Source: a virus
Length of the DNA: 64,000 nt
Virus record (IMG/VR): IMGVR_UViG_2931133163_000005
Direction: 5' to 3' (one strand)
Below are positions 17,705 through 26,382 of this stretch, one piece after another. Under the pieces are notes generated by a model. It saw only the letters and a program-made list of their open reading frames with translations, ran no database searches and was not told the origin of the DNA. The stretch's first letter is position 1, and each line of letters begins with the position of its first letter. Position numbers and translations under genes: made by a program.

Positions 17705-18181
17705 ATGGCGACCGATCCCGTCCTCACCGCCGCGATCGGCGAGCTGGCCGACGCCGTCCTCTACGCCGCCGCCGGCCTCGCGGCGGTGATCCTGGTCATG
17801 GGCGCGGTGATCACCGTCGTGGCCTCCGGCGTCCTGCATCAGCTCCAGGACCTGAACGACCACGTCGCCAAGGTTCGGGACGAGGGCGTCGACATCAACG
17901 TCGACGCCGGAGCGATCGGCCGCTCGCCCTTCGACGCCGAGCAGCTCGTCCGGCTCTACGGCTTCATCCTCGGCCTCTGGCACAAGCGCACCAAGCTGAA
18001 GGGCGAGCAGATCCCGTCCACCGAGCGGGTGACGCTCGACCTCGCCGAGGCCGTGGGCATCGAACTGCCGACCCGCCAGGACGTCGTCGGCATCCGGCCG
18101 AACGGCACCACCGTCCAGACGTCGCTGCTGCCCTACGGCGCGGAGCCGATCCCCGCCGCCCTCGATCCGGAGACCGCGTAG
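17705..18181 (+). CDS. Membrane-anchored hypothetical protein
   Basis: N-terminal TM LYAAAGLAAVILVMGAVITVVASGVL. Confidence 0.7.
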   Translation: MATDPVLTAAIGELADAVLYAAAGLAAVILVMGAVITVVASGVLHQLQDLNDHVAKVRDEGVDINVDAGAIGRSPFDAEQLVRLYGFILGLWHKRTKLKGEQIPSTERVTLDLAEAVGIELPTRQDVVGIRPNGTTVQTSLLPYGAEPIPAALDPETA

Positions 18182-18815
18182 ATGCGCTCGCGCCCTATCA
18201 GAACCCTCGCCGATCGCGTGGCCGCGCTGGAAGACCAGATCGACGGTCTGGCCTCGTCGACGGAGGATAGATCGGACGGCAGCGATTGCCGCGACGAAGA
18301 CATCCCCGAGCGCGATCCCGCCGATCAATCGGCGAAGATCTCGGCGAGGCCGGTCCGGGGTATGGGGGTGAGCGTGCGGTCTGATCTCACGAGCTTCGTC
18401 GGGCTTGAGATCATCGACTACGCGGGCAAGCCGCACCGCTTCCTCGTCGAGCCGGGTGATTTGGCGTTGCTCCTGCCGCCCCGGACGCAAGCGCTCGCGC
18501 CGTCCGCACCCACTGTGCCCGCCGTGGACCCGGACGAAGAGCTGACCCGGGCCCGAGCCCGGCTGACCAATGCCGAGGCCGAGCTGAAGGAGCGGGAGCT
18601 GCAGGCAAGGGCCCTCGTCCCGCCGCGCGAGGGTTACCTCCGCGCTGATAAGCTGACCGTCGGGTTTGACGAGAAGCGCCGGCGTCACGACGCTCGCCGT
18701 CACGGCCCTGGGCTTTCACTCCGAGCTCGCGATCGGCATCGACCCGAGCCGGGTCCCCTGGCTGATCGAGAAGCTGGCCTGGGCCATGGGCCAAGCCAAA
18801 TCGGACGAGGGCTGA
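18182..18815 (+). pseudogene. Hypothetical protein with an apparent +1 frameshift at GGGTTTG (~18665)
   Basis: The +1 frame LTRSAGVTTLAVTALGFHSELAIGIDP...DEG* stops at 18815, one base before the next ATG at 18817. Confidence 0.5.
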
Positions 18816-18816
18816 C

Positions 18817-19074
18817 ATGCCCTCCCGCCGCAGCATCCTCGCCTTCTTCGGGCTCGGCCCAGTCGCCGCTCCGGTCGCGATCGCCGCGATCTCCGCGCCT
18901 GCGCCGGAGATCTTCGGCGCCGACGTCACGGCGGACGGTGTCGCGGTCGTGCGGGCCGGGGCGATCCGCGCGCACGGCTCGTGGGAGGATGTCCTTCGCG
19001 AGCAGGACGCCTTCTTCGCGCGCTGCGACGCCTGCAAGCTCGTGCTGCCCTGTGACCCGGTCGGAGACGCCTGA
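18817..19074 (+). CDS. Hypothetical protein with twin-arginine-like N-terminus
   Basis: MPSRRSILAFFGLGPVAAPVAIAA. Confidence 0.6.
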   Translation: MPSRRSILAFFGLGPVAAPVAIAAISAPAPEIFGADVTADGVAVVRAGAIRAHGSWEDVLREQDAFFARCDACKLVLPCDPVGDA

Positions 19075-19149
19075 TGCGCTCTCGACAGCTGGTCCCCGCC
19101 CGCGCATCTGTGTCCGTCCCTCGCGCTCAAGCCCAAGGCGCCGCCTCCC

Positions 19150-19341
19150 GTGTTCCTGCGTATCGCCGCGCTCCTGTTGGCCGTGCTCCTGCTGCTGGGC
19201 GCGCTGCCGGCGTTTCGGCGAGCGGACAGGGCCAGGGCAGAGGGGCGACCGCCCCTGACGCGGCTCTACGAGTCCTCCCGGCCTTGGCTGGCGATCCTCG
19301 CCGCGGCCGCGATCGGCCTCTGGCTCCTGTCGAGCCGGTAG
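19150..19341 (+). CDS. Small two-TM protein
   Basis: Two hydrophobic segments. Confidence 0.55.
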   Translation: MFLRIAALLLAVLLLLGALPAFRRADRARAEGRPPLTRLYESSRPWLAILAAAAIGLWLLSSR

Positions 19342-19410
19342 CCACAAAGATCCGGCCGCTCCCGGCCGCCCGAGGTTCGACCGGTGCTTGGGCAAGCGCC
19401 GGCCGGGCAT

Positions 19411-19471
19411 GCCCCTTCGTGGGCGTTTCCTCCCTAGACTCCGCCGGGGCCTGCGGGCTCCGGCGCCTTTT
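19411..19471 (+). ncRNA. Candidate sRNA: hairpin, anti-SD seed (TTTCCTCCCT), terminator hairpin
   Basis: GCCC-cttcgt-GGGC, GTTTCCTCCCTAGACT, GCCGGGGCC-tgcg-GGCTCCGGC, then ccTTTT, in a 450-nt intergenic gap. Confidence 0.45.
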
Positions 19472-19794
19472 GGGAGACGACAGAGCTACGCGCGATGGCG
19501 CGGACAGAGCGGCCCGAGGCGACCAGGGCGACGGTGGGATGGCGGCGACGGCCCCATCGAGCCAGTCCGTTGAGAAGGTCGTGCCGGGGGCGACGGGTGA
19601 TGGCGACGGCCTGACCTCGGCCACCGGTCCCGGCGTCATGCCGGGCAGTGATTCGCCCGAACGGGCACCCGACAGCAGAAGGGCGGCCGCGTGATGCGAA
19701 CCGCCCCTGCTCACCTCCACGCGCCTTCCAGCCTGCCAGCCCTGGCGCGTGTTCTCGACCATCGTTGCGGCGACCTCCTCGCGAGGGCTGATCA

Positions 19795-20238
19795 ATGACC
19801 GCCTCGCTCTTCCCAACCGGGCCGCTGACCCAGCTCACCTCGATGCCCACAGCATCGAGGAAGTCCATGCGAAGGTCAGAGGTGGCCGTGCGAAGGACTG
19901 GGGTAATAGCACCTCAGATTTTCGCCGAGCGGATCGCAGCGTTCCTGCGGTTGATCCATCCGCAGAAGACGGCGGCGTGCGTCGAAGCCGACACGCGCAT
20001 CCCGGCCAAGACGGTGTCGAAGTGGTTGGAAGGCGCCTCGTCTCCGTCCGGCAAAGCCTACCACCAGCTGCTCGCCGTCTACGGGATGGAGCTGTTCTAC
20101 TACGTCGACCCCGACGCCTCGACGGCCGAAGTGCGAGAGGCCGCGCGCATCTGCCAGCAGGCTCGGCTGGAGCGACAGAACGCGGAGCTGCAACGCCGGC
20201 TCGCCGGCCAGATGGCAGAGATCTGGGGCCCACGATGA
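19795..20238 (+). CDS. HTH protein (possible CII-like regulator)
   Basis: KTAACVEADTRIPAKTVSKWLEGASSPSG HTH plus coiled C-terminus. Confidence 0.65.
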   Translation: MTASLFPTGPLTQLTSMPTASRKSMRRSEVAVRRTGVIAPQIFAERIAAFLRLIHPQKTAACVEADTRIPAKTVSKWLEGASSPSGKAYHQLLAVYGMELFYYVDPDASTAEVREAARICQQARLERQNAELQRRLAGQMAEIWGPR

Positions 20239-20444
20239 CCCTGATCCCAACCCTGCTCCGCGCCCTGGCGGTCTGCCTCCAGGGTCTGGCCTTCCCATTC
20301 ACCTCGCTCGGGCTCGCCTGCGCGTGGGTGGCCGCCCCGATCCTAGTCACCGCCGGCTGGCTCCAGGAGCGCGCCCGTGAATGGGAGCGCCGCCTGTCGT
20401 CACGCGGTGGCCACACCGACCTTCATCCCCCTCCTGGAGCCTGA
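20235..20444 (+). CDS. Small membrane protein
   Basis: ATGA overlap; hydrophobic N-terminal half. Confidence 0.55.
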   Translation: MTLIPTLLRALAVCLQGLAFPFTSLGLACAWVAAPILVTAGWLQERAREWERRLSSRGGHTDLHPPPGA

Positions 20445-20453
20445 GACCCGTCC

Positions 20454-21341
20454 ATGCGCGCCCCGCTCGCAGCCCTCGCCCTTGTCCTCGCCAGCAGTTC
20501 GGCCGCGCTCGCGGCCGAGCCCCCGACCTTCCGTCTGTGCACCGGCTCCGAATCCGGCAACTACTTCCGGGCCGGCCACATGCTGAAGAGCAAGGCCGGA
20601 GGCCTGAAGATCGAGGTCGTGCCGACGCAGGGTTCGCTCGACAACCTGGACAAGCTCTCGGCCGGGCAGTGCGACGGCGCCTTCGTCCAGTCGGACGCGC
20701 TCCTGGTCTACTCGTCGAAGAACGCGGCCGCGCTCTCGACGATCGAGCGCGCCGGCGTGCTCTACCAGGAGCAGGTGCACCTCATCTGCAACCGCGGCGC
20801 GGGGATCTCCCGCATCACGGACCTGGGCAAGGCCAACACCGTCGCGGTGGGCCCGGACGGCTCAGGCGGCCGCACCACCTGGGACGCCTTCGCGCTCGCC
20901 GACAAGAAGCGCTTCGGGCCGGTGAACGTCGACACCCGCTCGGGCGTGCGCGCCCTGTCCGCCGTGGCCGACGGCAGTCAGGTGCAGTGCGCGCTCTGGG
21001 TCGGGGCGCTCAACGCGTCCTTCATCAAGAACGATGCGCAGGCGCAGGGCGACCGCGTCGTGCTGGTCCGCTCCGACGATCAGGAGATGGTGGGAGCGGC
21101 GAAGGATGCCCGGGGCCAGCCGGTCTACAGCTACGGCTCGATACCGGCTGGCACGTACCCGCGGGTCCAGCCGGGCGGCCTCGTGTTCGGCACCAAGGCC
21201 CTCGACACGATCGCGGTCGACGCGCTGTTCGTCACGGCGATCCCGTGGGTGAACGCCAACGAGCGCGCCTACGACGGTCTGCTGCGCGCCTTCACGGCCG
21301 CCAAGCCGCAGATCCAGGCGATCGCGCAGCCGCAGGACTGA
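20454..21341 (+). CDS. TAXI-family TRAP solute-binding protein
   Basis: Signal peptide; LCTGSESGNYF, PTQGSLDNL, DGAFVQSDA, LYQEQVHL, VAVGPDGSGG. Confidence 0.88.
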   Translation: MRAPLAALALVLASSSAALAAEPPTFRLCTGSESGNYFRAGHMLKSKAGGLKIEVVPTQGSLDNLDKLSAGQCDGAFVQSDALLVYSSKNAAALSTIERAGVLYQEQVHLICNRGAGISRITDLGKANTVAVGPDGSGGRTTWDAFALADKKRFGPVNVDTRSGVRALSAVADGSQVQCALWVGALNASFIKNDAQAQGDRVVLVRSDDQEMVGAAKDARGQPVYSYGSIPAGTYPRVQPGGLVFGTKALDTIAVDALFVTAIPWVNANERAYDGLLRAFTAAKPQIQAIAQPQD

Positions 21342-21345
21342 CGCC

Positions 21346-21546
21346 GTGGCTGCCCGCTCTCCCTCCCTCTGGGTCCTGATCGCCGCCGCCATCGCGACGG
21401 CGATCATGGTGCACCCGAGCTTCGCGGCGCTGCTCACCCTGCCGATACAGCTCGGGTTGCTCGTCGTCCTGCGCTGGACGGCGCGGCGGGAGGGGCGGCT
21501 CGAGGAGCGGTCACTGCATCCTTCAACGAAGCGGGGATTCGTCTGA
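21346..21546 (+). CDS. Small two-TM protein
   Basis: LWVLIAAAIATAIMV / LLTLPIQLGLLVVL. Confidence 0.65.
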   Translation: MAARSPSLWVLIAAAIATAIMVHPSFAALLTLPIQLGLLVVLRWTARREGRLEERSLHPSTKRGFV

Positions 21547-21773
21547 TGGCTGCCCTCGATCGGAATAGGCTCACCGAGCTGACGCCCTCGCTGTTGAGCA
21601 TGTTCGGCAGCCGCGAGGCCGCGCTGGTCGAATACATCGGCCTCATGGGTGAGCTGAGCGGGCTCGCCGCCTCTGTCGATCTCGACGAAGGTGAGCGGCT
21701 GATCGCGCAGGGCTGCGAGCTCGTGCGGCAGGCGATCACACGCGCCGCCGCGCAGGGCTCTTCCGCGTCGTGA
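21546..21773 (+). CDS. Hypothetical protein
   Basis: 75-aa coupled ORF. Confidence 0.65.
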   Translation: MAALDRNRLTELTPSLLSMFGSREAALVEYIGLMGELSGLAASVDLDEGERLIAQGCELVRQAITRAAAQGSSAS

Positions 21774-23074
21774 CAACCTGGTGCGCCATACCGCGCGCCC
21801 TCCCCAGTCCAAGTCTGAGTTCGCAAGGGCGCGTGATGCGTGGTCCGAGGCCGTGGCTGTTGAGCGAGGTGGCGACCGCTGCCCGTCCGATTCTGGCCGT
21901 CGAGCGCGACGATGCGAGGGCGAGAGAATTGGGCGGAACCCTTGTCAAAATTAGACAAGGGTCGAGGGCAACGGGTGCAACGGCAGCGCGATGGGGTAAG
22001 AGCCATCAGTGGCTCGACTGGCTGCTGAAGGTCAGCGACGCAGCCGTTGCAGATCCCATCCGGCTCGGCGCGGCGCTGAACTTCCTCGATGCCGGCGGCG
22101 CTCCGAACGTCGCATGGTCCTGCATCTCGTCGGCGCGCGATTCAGAGGCTACGATCACGCTGCCGGCGCTGAAGCGTCAGGGCCGGCAGCTGCTCACGGA
22201 TGCTTGGAAGGGCCGTTGGAGCCTCGTCGACATCAACCTGGCGGCGCGCGCGCTCCTTGAGGCCCGGCTCGGCCACGCGCCTGTCATCGGCGGCACCTTC
22301 GACGCCGCTCAGCGGCGCGCGCTCGCCGACCTCGGCAAGCTCTGGGACGAGAGCGCCGACTTTCTGCTGCGCACCTTCGAGGTCTGCGAGGCCGCCGCGG
22401 TCGATCCGGACCGTTTCGGCTTCCTCGTCCCGGTCATGTGCAAGGCCGACAACCCGACAGCCGCCTGGAATCGCATGCGGGCGGTGGGCGACGAGCAACG
22501 CTGCCTGGAGCTGATCCCGTACGATGGATCCGTCCAGACTGCGGTGCTCGACCCGCCCTGGAAGGAAGTGAACGTGTCTGCGGCGGCCGGACACGCCTAC
22601 GCGAAGATGTCGCTCGACGAGATCCGCGCACTGCCGTTGCAGCGGTGGACCTGGGAGGATTCCCACCTCTACCTGTGGTTCATCAACGGCGTCTGGGGCG
22701 ACATCCCATCGATTGTTCAGGAGTGGGGCTTCGAGGTCAAAACAGTCCACACTTGGGTCAAAGAGGTCAGCGACCTCAGCCGCAACGATCCGAAGTTCAG
22801 CCTCGGACACGAGATGCGGAATACCACTGAGCATTTCGTCTTTGCTCGTCGTGGATCCAAGCTTCGCATGCCTCGGCGCTCCGCGACGTATTCAACGGCG
22901 ACCCATCACCGTTGGCCGCTGGGCGCCAACAGTGAAAAGCCGGACGCCTTCTACGATCTCGTGAGGCAGTGCTCCTACGGACCGTTCGGGGAAGCGTTTC
23001 AGCGCAAGCCGCGCGAGGACTTCATCAACCTCTACCGGCAGGCCGAGCCGCCTCGGCTGGAGGCCGCCGAATGA
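21770..23074 (+). CDS. MT-A70-family adenine methyltransferase with a large N-terminal domain
   Basis: VLDPPW, YAKMSLDEIRALP, LYLWF, WGFEVKT..TWVK, RNTTEHFVFARRG, SEKPDAFY. Confidence 0.9.
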   Translation: MTTWCAIPRALPSPSLSSQGRVMRGPRPWLLSEVATAARPILAVERDDARARELGGTLVKIRQGSRATGATAARWGKSHQWLDWLLKVSDAAVADPIRLGAALNFLDAGGAPNVAWSCISSARDSEATITLPALKRQGRQLLTDAWKGRWSLVDINLAARALLEARLGHAPVIGGTFDAAQRRALADLGKLWDESADFLLRTFEVCEAAAVDPDRFGFLVPVMCKADNPTAAWNRMRAVGDEQRCLELIPYDGSVQTAVLDPPWKEVNVSAAAGHAYAKMSLDEIRALPLQRWTWEDSHLYLWFINGVWGDIPSIVQEWGFEVKTVHTWVKEVSDLSRNDPKFSLGHEMRNTTEHFVFARRGSKLRMPRRSATYSTATHHRWPLGANSEKPDAFYDLVRQCSYGPFGEAFQRKPREDFINLYRQAEPPRLEAAE

Positions 23075-23235
23075 CGGCCGCCACGCTCCTCATGGCGATC
23101 GCCGCCCTCGAATCCGAAGCGCTGCATCGGCGCGCGCGACGCGGAGGCTTCGTCCCGCAGCTGGCGGCGCTCCATGCGTCCCGCTTTGCGGTGGCCGGCC
23201 TGCTGCTCGCCTTCATCTGGGCGGTCGGACGATGA
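23071..23235 (+). CDS. Small membrane protein
   Basis: ATGA overlaps; C-terminal hydrophobic segment. Confidence 0.5.
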   Translation: MTAATLLMAIAALESEALHRRARRGGFVPQLAALHASRFAVAGLLLAFIWAVGR

Positions 23236-23726
23236 GCGCGAATCCGAACCGCCGCGGGCTTCTGGGCCTGTTCGCCGCCGCGCCGATCGCGGCCGCCGCC
23301 AGCGTCCAGCCGGCCTCGGTGCTGGGCCGCGTCCGCATGATGGCGGCGGCCGGTCGCTTCGACGCGCTAGCGCCGGCGGCGCTGGGCCGGCTCGCCGATG
23401 GCACGCGAGGCGCAGGCCTGCCCGGGATTGGCGCCGCGCTCGAGCGCGCGCACCCGCTGGACGCGTCGACGCCGCCCGATCTCCTGGAGCTCGTCGCCGG
23501 CATCGGATCCGAGCCCGCGCGGATCGAGGCGCAGCTCACGGCCGAGGCCCGCGCGATCGCCGCGGTGGCGCTGGTCTATCCGCCCGAGATCGCGGCCTTC
23601 CGCTCGTTCGGAGCTCCGATGCGCCGCCGGCTCTACGCCGAGCTGCTGACGCGAGAATACGCGCGCTTGGCCGCCGCGAGCGAACCACCGCCGATGCCGG
23701 CGGCATCGTCCGGACCGGACGCCTAG
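23232..23726 (+). CDS. Hypothetical protein with twin-arginine-like N-terminus
   Basis: MSANPNRRGLLGLFAAAPIAAAA. Confidence 0.65.
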   Translation: MSANPNRRGLLGLFAAAPIAAAASVQPASVLGRVRMMAAAGRFDALAPAALGRLADGTRGAGLPGIGAALERAHPLDASTPPDLLELVAGIGSEPARIEAQLTAEARAIAAVALVYPPEIAAFRSFGAPMRRRLYAELLTREYARLAAASEPPPMPAASSGPDA

Positions 23727-23760
23727 CGTGGCGACCGGGAGCAGGCCGCGTAGCGGCCCC

Positions 23761-23788
23761 GACTCCCACCAGACTCGGACTCTGAATC
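23761..23788. promoter_or_regulatory. Intergenic cluster of four GANTC (CcrM) sites
   Basis: GACTC 23761, GACTC 23772, GACTC 23778, GAATC 23784. Confidence 0.6.
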
Positions 23789-23849
23789 CGCTCCCGGCCC
23801 ACCCGGGCCGCCCCACCGCGCACGCGCGGCAACCCTCCCGAGGTCAGTG

Positions 23850-24242
23850 ATGAGCACGCCCACCACCAAGGTGTTGATGTCGGCCGGCAACCCGGCCGGC
23901 CGGAAGCTCGAGGAGCTGCTGGTCGAGATCGCCGAGGACCTGCGCATCAAGAACGATGCCCTCGAGGCGGATCCCTCGCCGACTTCGCGCGCGGTCCGGA
24001 TCAACAACCTCGGCATCCTCGACTGCCTGGCGCTCGCCGGGGTTCGCCAGCTCGACACGCTCCGGCGGCTCGACCTGATCGGCCCCGACCGGGGCCCGGG
24101 CGGCGCGCCGCGCATCGGCGCCGGCGCGGCCGACGTGCCTGCGTCCACTGCCGGCATCGCCCCCGAGCCCGTCGCTGCACCGACCGTGACGTCCGGCCCC
24201 GACCAGGTCGTGCCGGCCCCGACTGTCCTGCCCGCCACCTGA
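23850..24242 (+). CDS. Conserved hypothetical protein
   Basis: LMSAGNPAGRKLEELLVEIAEDLRIKN globular N-terminus. Confidence 0.7.
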   Translation: MSTPTTKVLMSAGNPAGRKLEELLVEIAEDLRIKNDALEADPSPTSRAVRINNLGILDCLALAGVRQLDTLRRLDLIGPDRGPGGAPRIGAGAADVPASTAGIAPEPVAAPTVTSGPDQVVPAPTVLPAT

Positions 24243-24591
24243 AGCGCGGAGCCGCCCAGCCATGAACCCGCAGCTCTGGCCTCTCCCTCGCGGTCCCCCG
24301 TGCCCGGCCTCCCAGATCCTCGCGCGCCCTGCATCGGGACTACAGCGCCGGCTTGAGGACTGATGCCGCCCGGTCCGGCCGCGCCATCCCGCCCGACCCG
24401 CAGGCCCGTTCCCACGATCCCAGACGCCTCTTCTTGGCGGGGTCGTGCAGACGGCCCGCGCCGCGAGCTTCCCACCCGCCACACCGACCCGACCGGCATT
24501 CGCGACCAGCGATTCAGCCGACGGGTTTCTGCGTGCCCGGAGCCGGACTGGCTTCGCGGTCGGACGATGAAGCCTTGCCCGGACCACGACC

Positions 24592-25671
24592 ATGAGCGTC
24601 GAAGCCATCAGCCACATCATGCGGACGCACATCCCCGATGGCGTCGCCAAGCTCGTCGCCATGGTGCTCGCCGACTATGCCGACCCGGTGAGCGGCCGCT
24701 GTTGGCCGAAGATCCCGACCCTCGCGATCCAGTGCTCGCAGTCCGAACGCACCGTGCAGCGCAAGCTCAAGCTGCTCGAGGAACTCGACGTTCTCCACGT
24801 CGAGCCGAACACGTCGGGCGACCGCAAAGGCAACGTCTACGTCCTGCACCTGCGCGGCGTGCCCCGGGCGGGTCCCGGCCCCGGCGAGCGCCGGCCCAAG
24901 ACGAGCGACCGGTCGACGGATCGCAGGGTCGGCGCCAGCCACGACGCCGGCGCGGATACGGGTGACACACAGTCACCCGTTCGAGGCGCGGACGAAGCCG
25001 CGTCTGTCACCCCAACGGGTGACACCGCTGACACCCGACGGGTGACACTGCTGTCACCCCCAAAGGAATCCCCCAGAGAATCCACCAGGGAATCCATCAA
25101 GGGGGAATCCCCCGAGAGAGATTCACCTGGCACCGGACGCCCCCCCGCGTCCGCTGACGCGGCCACGGCCCCCAAGGGGGCTCCCTCTCCCCGAGCGGTT
25201 TTGTGTCCCGATGGATTCGCGCCGGAGGGGCGCCACTACGCGGCTGCCGAAGCCATCGGCTTCGACGCCGCCTTCGTCCGGCAGATCGCCGCCAGCATGC
25301 ACCGCTGGTCACACGCCAACGCCCATCGCCCGATCGCCCGGAAGTCCGACTGGGCGCTGGCCTTCGACAGCTTCCTCGACACCGCCCTCCGCGAGGCCGC
25401 CGAGCGTGCCGCCCGCGAGACCCGCCGATCCGCCCCCGCATCCGCTTCGCCCCGCCGCTCCACGAACGGCGGACTCGCCCTCGTCGCCGAGATGATTGGA
25501 TTGCCCCATGACCCTGCCGACCTCCTCGATGTCCTCGGCCTACAGTCGGGCCGTGCTCCCGCTGCTCCCGACGCGGGAGTCGGATCGCTTCATCGCGCAG
25601 TTCACGAACCGGTTGGAGGACACGCCGGGCTCCTTCCGGCGCAAGCGCCTGCCCGTCGCTTCGGCGCCTAA
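24592..25671 (+). CDS. Replication initiator (HTH_36-type, lambda O-like)
   Basis: AKLVAMVLADYAD...CWPKIPTLAIQCSQSERTVQRKLKLLEE..NVYVL; internal iterons. Confidence 0.85.
   Translation: MSVEAISHIMRTHIPDGVAKLVAMVLADYADPVSGRCWPKIPTLAIQCSQSERTVQRKLKLLEELDVLHVEPNTSGDRKGNVYVLHLRGVPRAGPGPGERRPKTSDRSTDRRVGASHDAGADTGDTQSPVRGADEAASVTPTGDTADTRRVTLLSPPKESPRESTRESIKGESPERDSPGTGRPPASADAATAPKGAPSPRAVLCPDGFAPEGRHYAAAEAIGFDAAFVRQIAASMHRWSHANAHRPIARKSDWALAFDSFLDTALREAAERAARETRRSAPASASPRRSTNGGLALVAEMIGLPHDPADLLDVLGLQSGRAPAAPDAGVGSLHRAVHEPVGGHAGLLPAQAPARRFGA
24960..25124. repeat. Putative replication origin: GGGTGAC-N5/6-GTCACCC iterons followed by five GANTC sites
   Basis: Palindromes 24960-24978, 25017-25036 (1 mismatch), 25040-25059, half-site 25006-25012; GANTC at 25066, 25078, 25090, 25105, 25120. 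Confidence 0.75.
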
Positions 25672-26326
25672 CCGGGCGCAGCAGGACTGGCTGGAGCAAC
25701 GGCGGGACGAGCTGCGGCGCGCGCTCGTGCCGACGCCGGGCCCGGAGGCGAACCGCGAGATCATGCTCCTGATCGCCAGCAAGGCGAACTTCGGTGCCGA
25801 CGCACAGGAGCTCACCACCAAGGTCGGGTTCTACGCGCAAGCGCTCGCCGGCGAGCCGACATGGGCGATCGAGCGCGCTCGGCTCCGGTTCCGCCAGCCC
25901 GGCTGGCGCTGCCTCTGGGACGGCAAGGGTTGCCCGTCCGACACCGACGTCGTCGCCGAGTGCCGGTACGAGACCCTGCCAATCGAGACGGAGCTGGCGC
26001 GGATCGAGGCGATCCTTGGCGCCGAGCTCTACGACACCGGCGCCACCGACGACGATCGCGCCAACGCGGTCGCTCACTGGGAGACGGTGAAGGCGGAGAT
26101 GCGCGGCGAGTCCGTGATCACCGAGCAGACGGAGGACGAGATCTCCGCCGAGCGCGCCTCCATGGCGCGCGCCAACGACCGCTTCCGCGAGCGAGCCCGG
26201 GCCGAGGCCGAAGCGCAGTGCCGCGGCCAGGCCATGTGGGGTCGCCTGCCGATCAGCGACGAGCTCGCCCGCCAGATCGGCCTGCGCGTGCCGATCCCCG
26301 CCGACCACGAAGAGGAGGTCCACTGA
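25508..26326 (+). CDS. Replication-associated protein (lambda P position)
   Basis: Directly follows and overlaps the initiator; PTWAIERA..RF..W..P motif. Confidence 0.65.
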   Translation: MTLPTSSMSSAYSRAVLPLLPTRESDRFIAQFTNRLEDTPGSFRRKRLPVASAPNRAQQDWLEQRRDELRRALVPTPGPEANREIMLLIASKANFGADAQELTTKVGFYAQALAGEPTWAIERARLRFRQPGWRCLWDGKGCPSDTDVVAECRYETLPIETELARIEAILGAELYDTGATDDDRANAVAHWETVKAEMRGESVITEQTEDEISAERASMARANDRFRERARAEAEAQCRGQAMWGRLPISDELARQIGLRVPIPADHEEEVH

Positions 26327-26382
26327 GCCGACGGCCCCGGCCGGCGCGCGAACCCACCAGCATCACCAGCACAGGATCATCC

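Noticed and set aside
18660-18670. +1 shift sites (also 36155, 49170) as programmed recoding
   Set aside because: No shared slippery motif, hungry codon/stop or stimulatory SD; error or decay is simpler.
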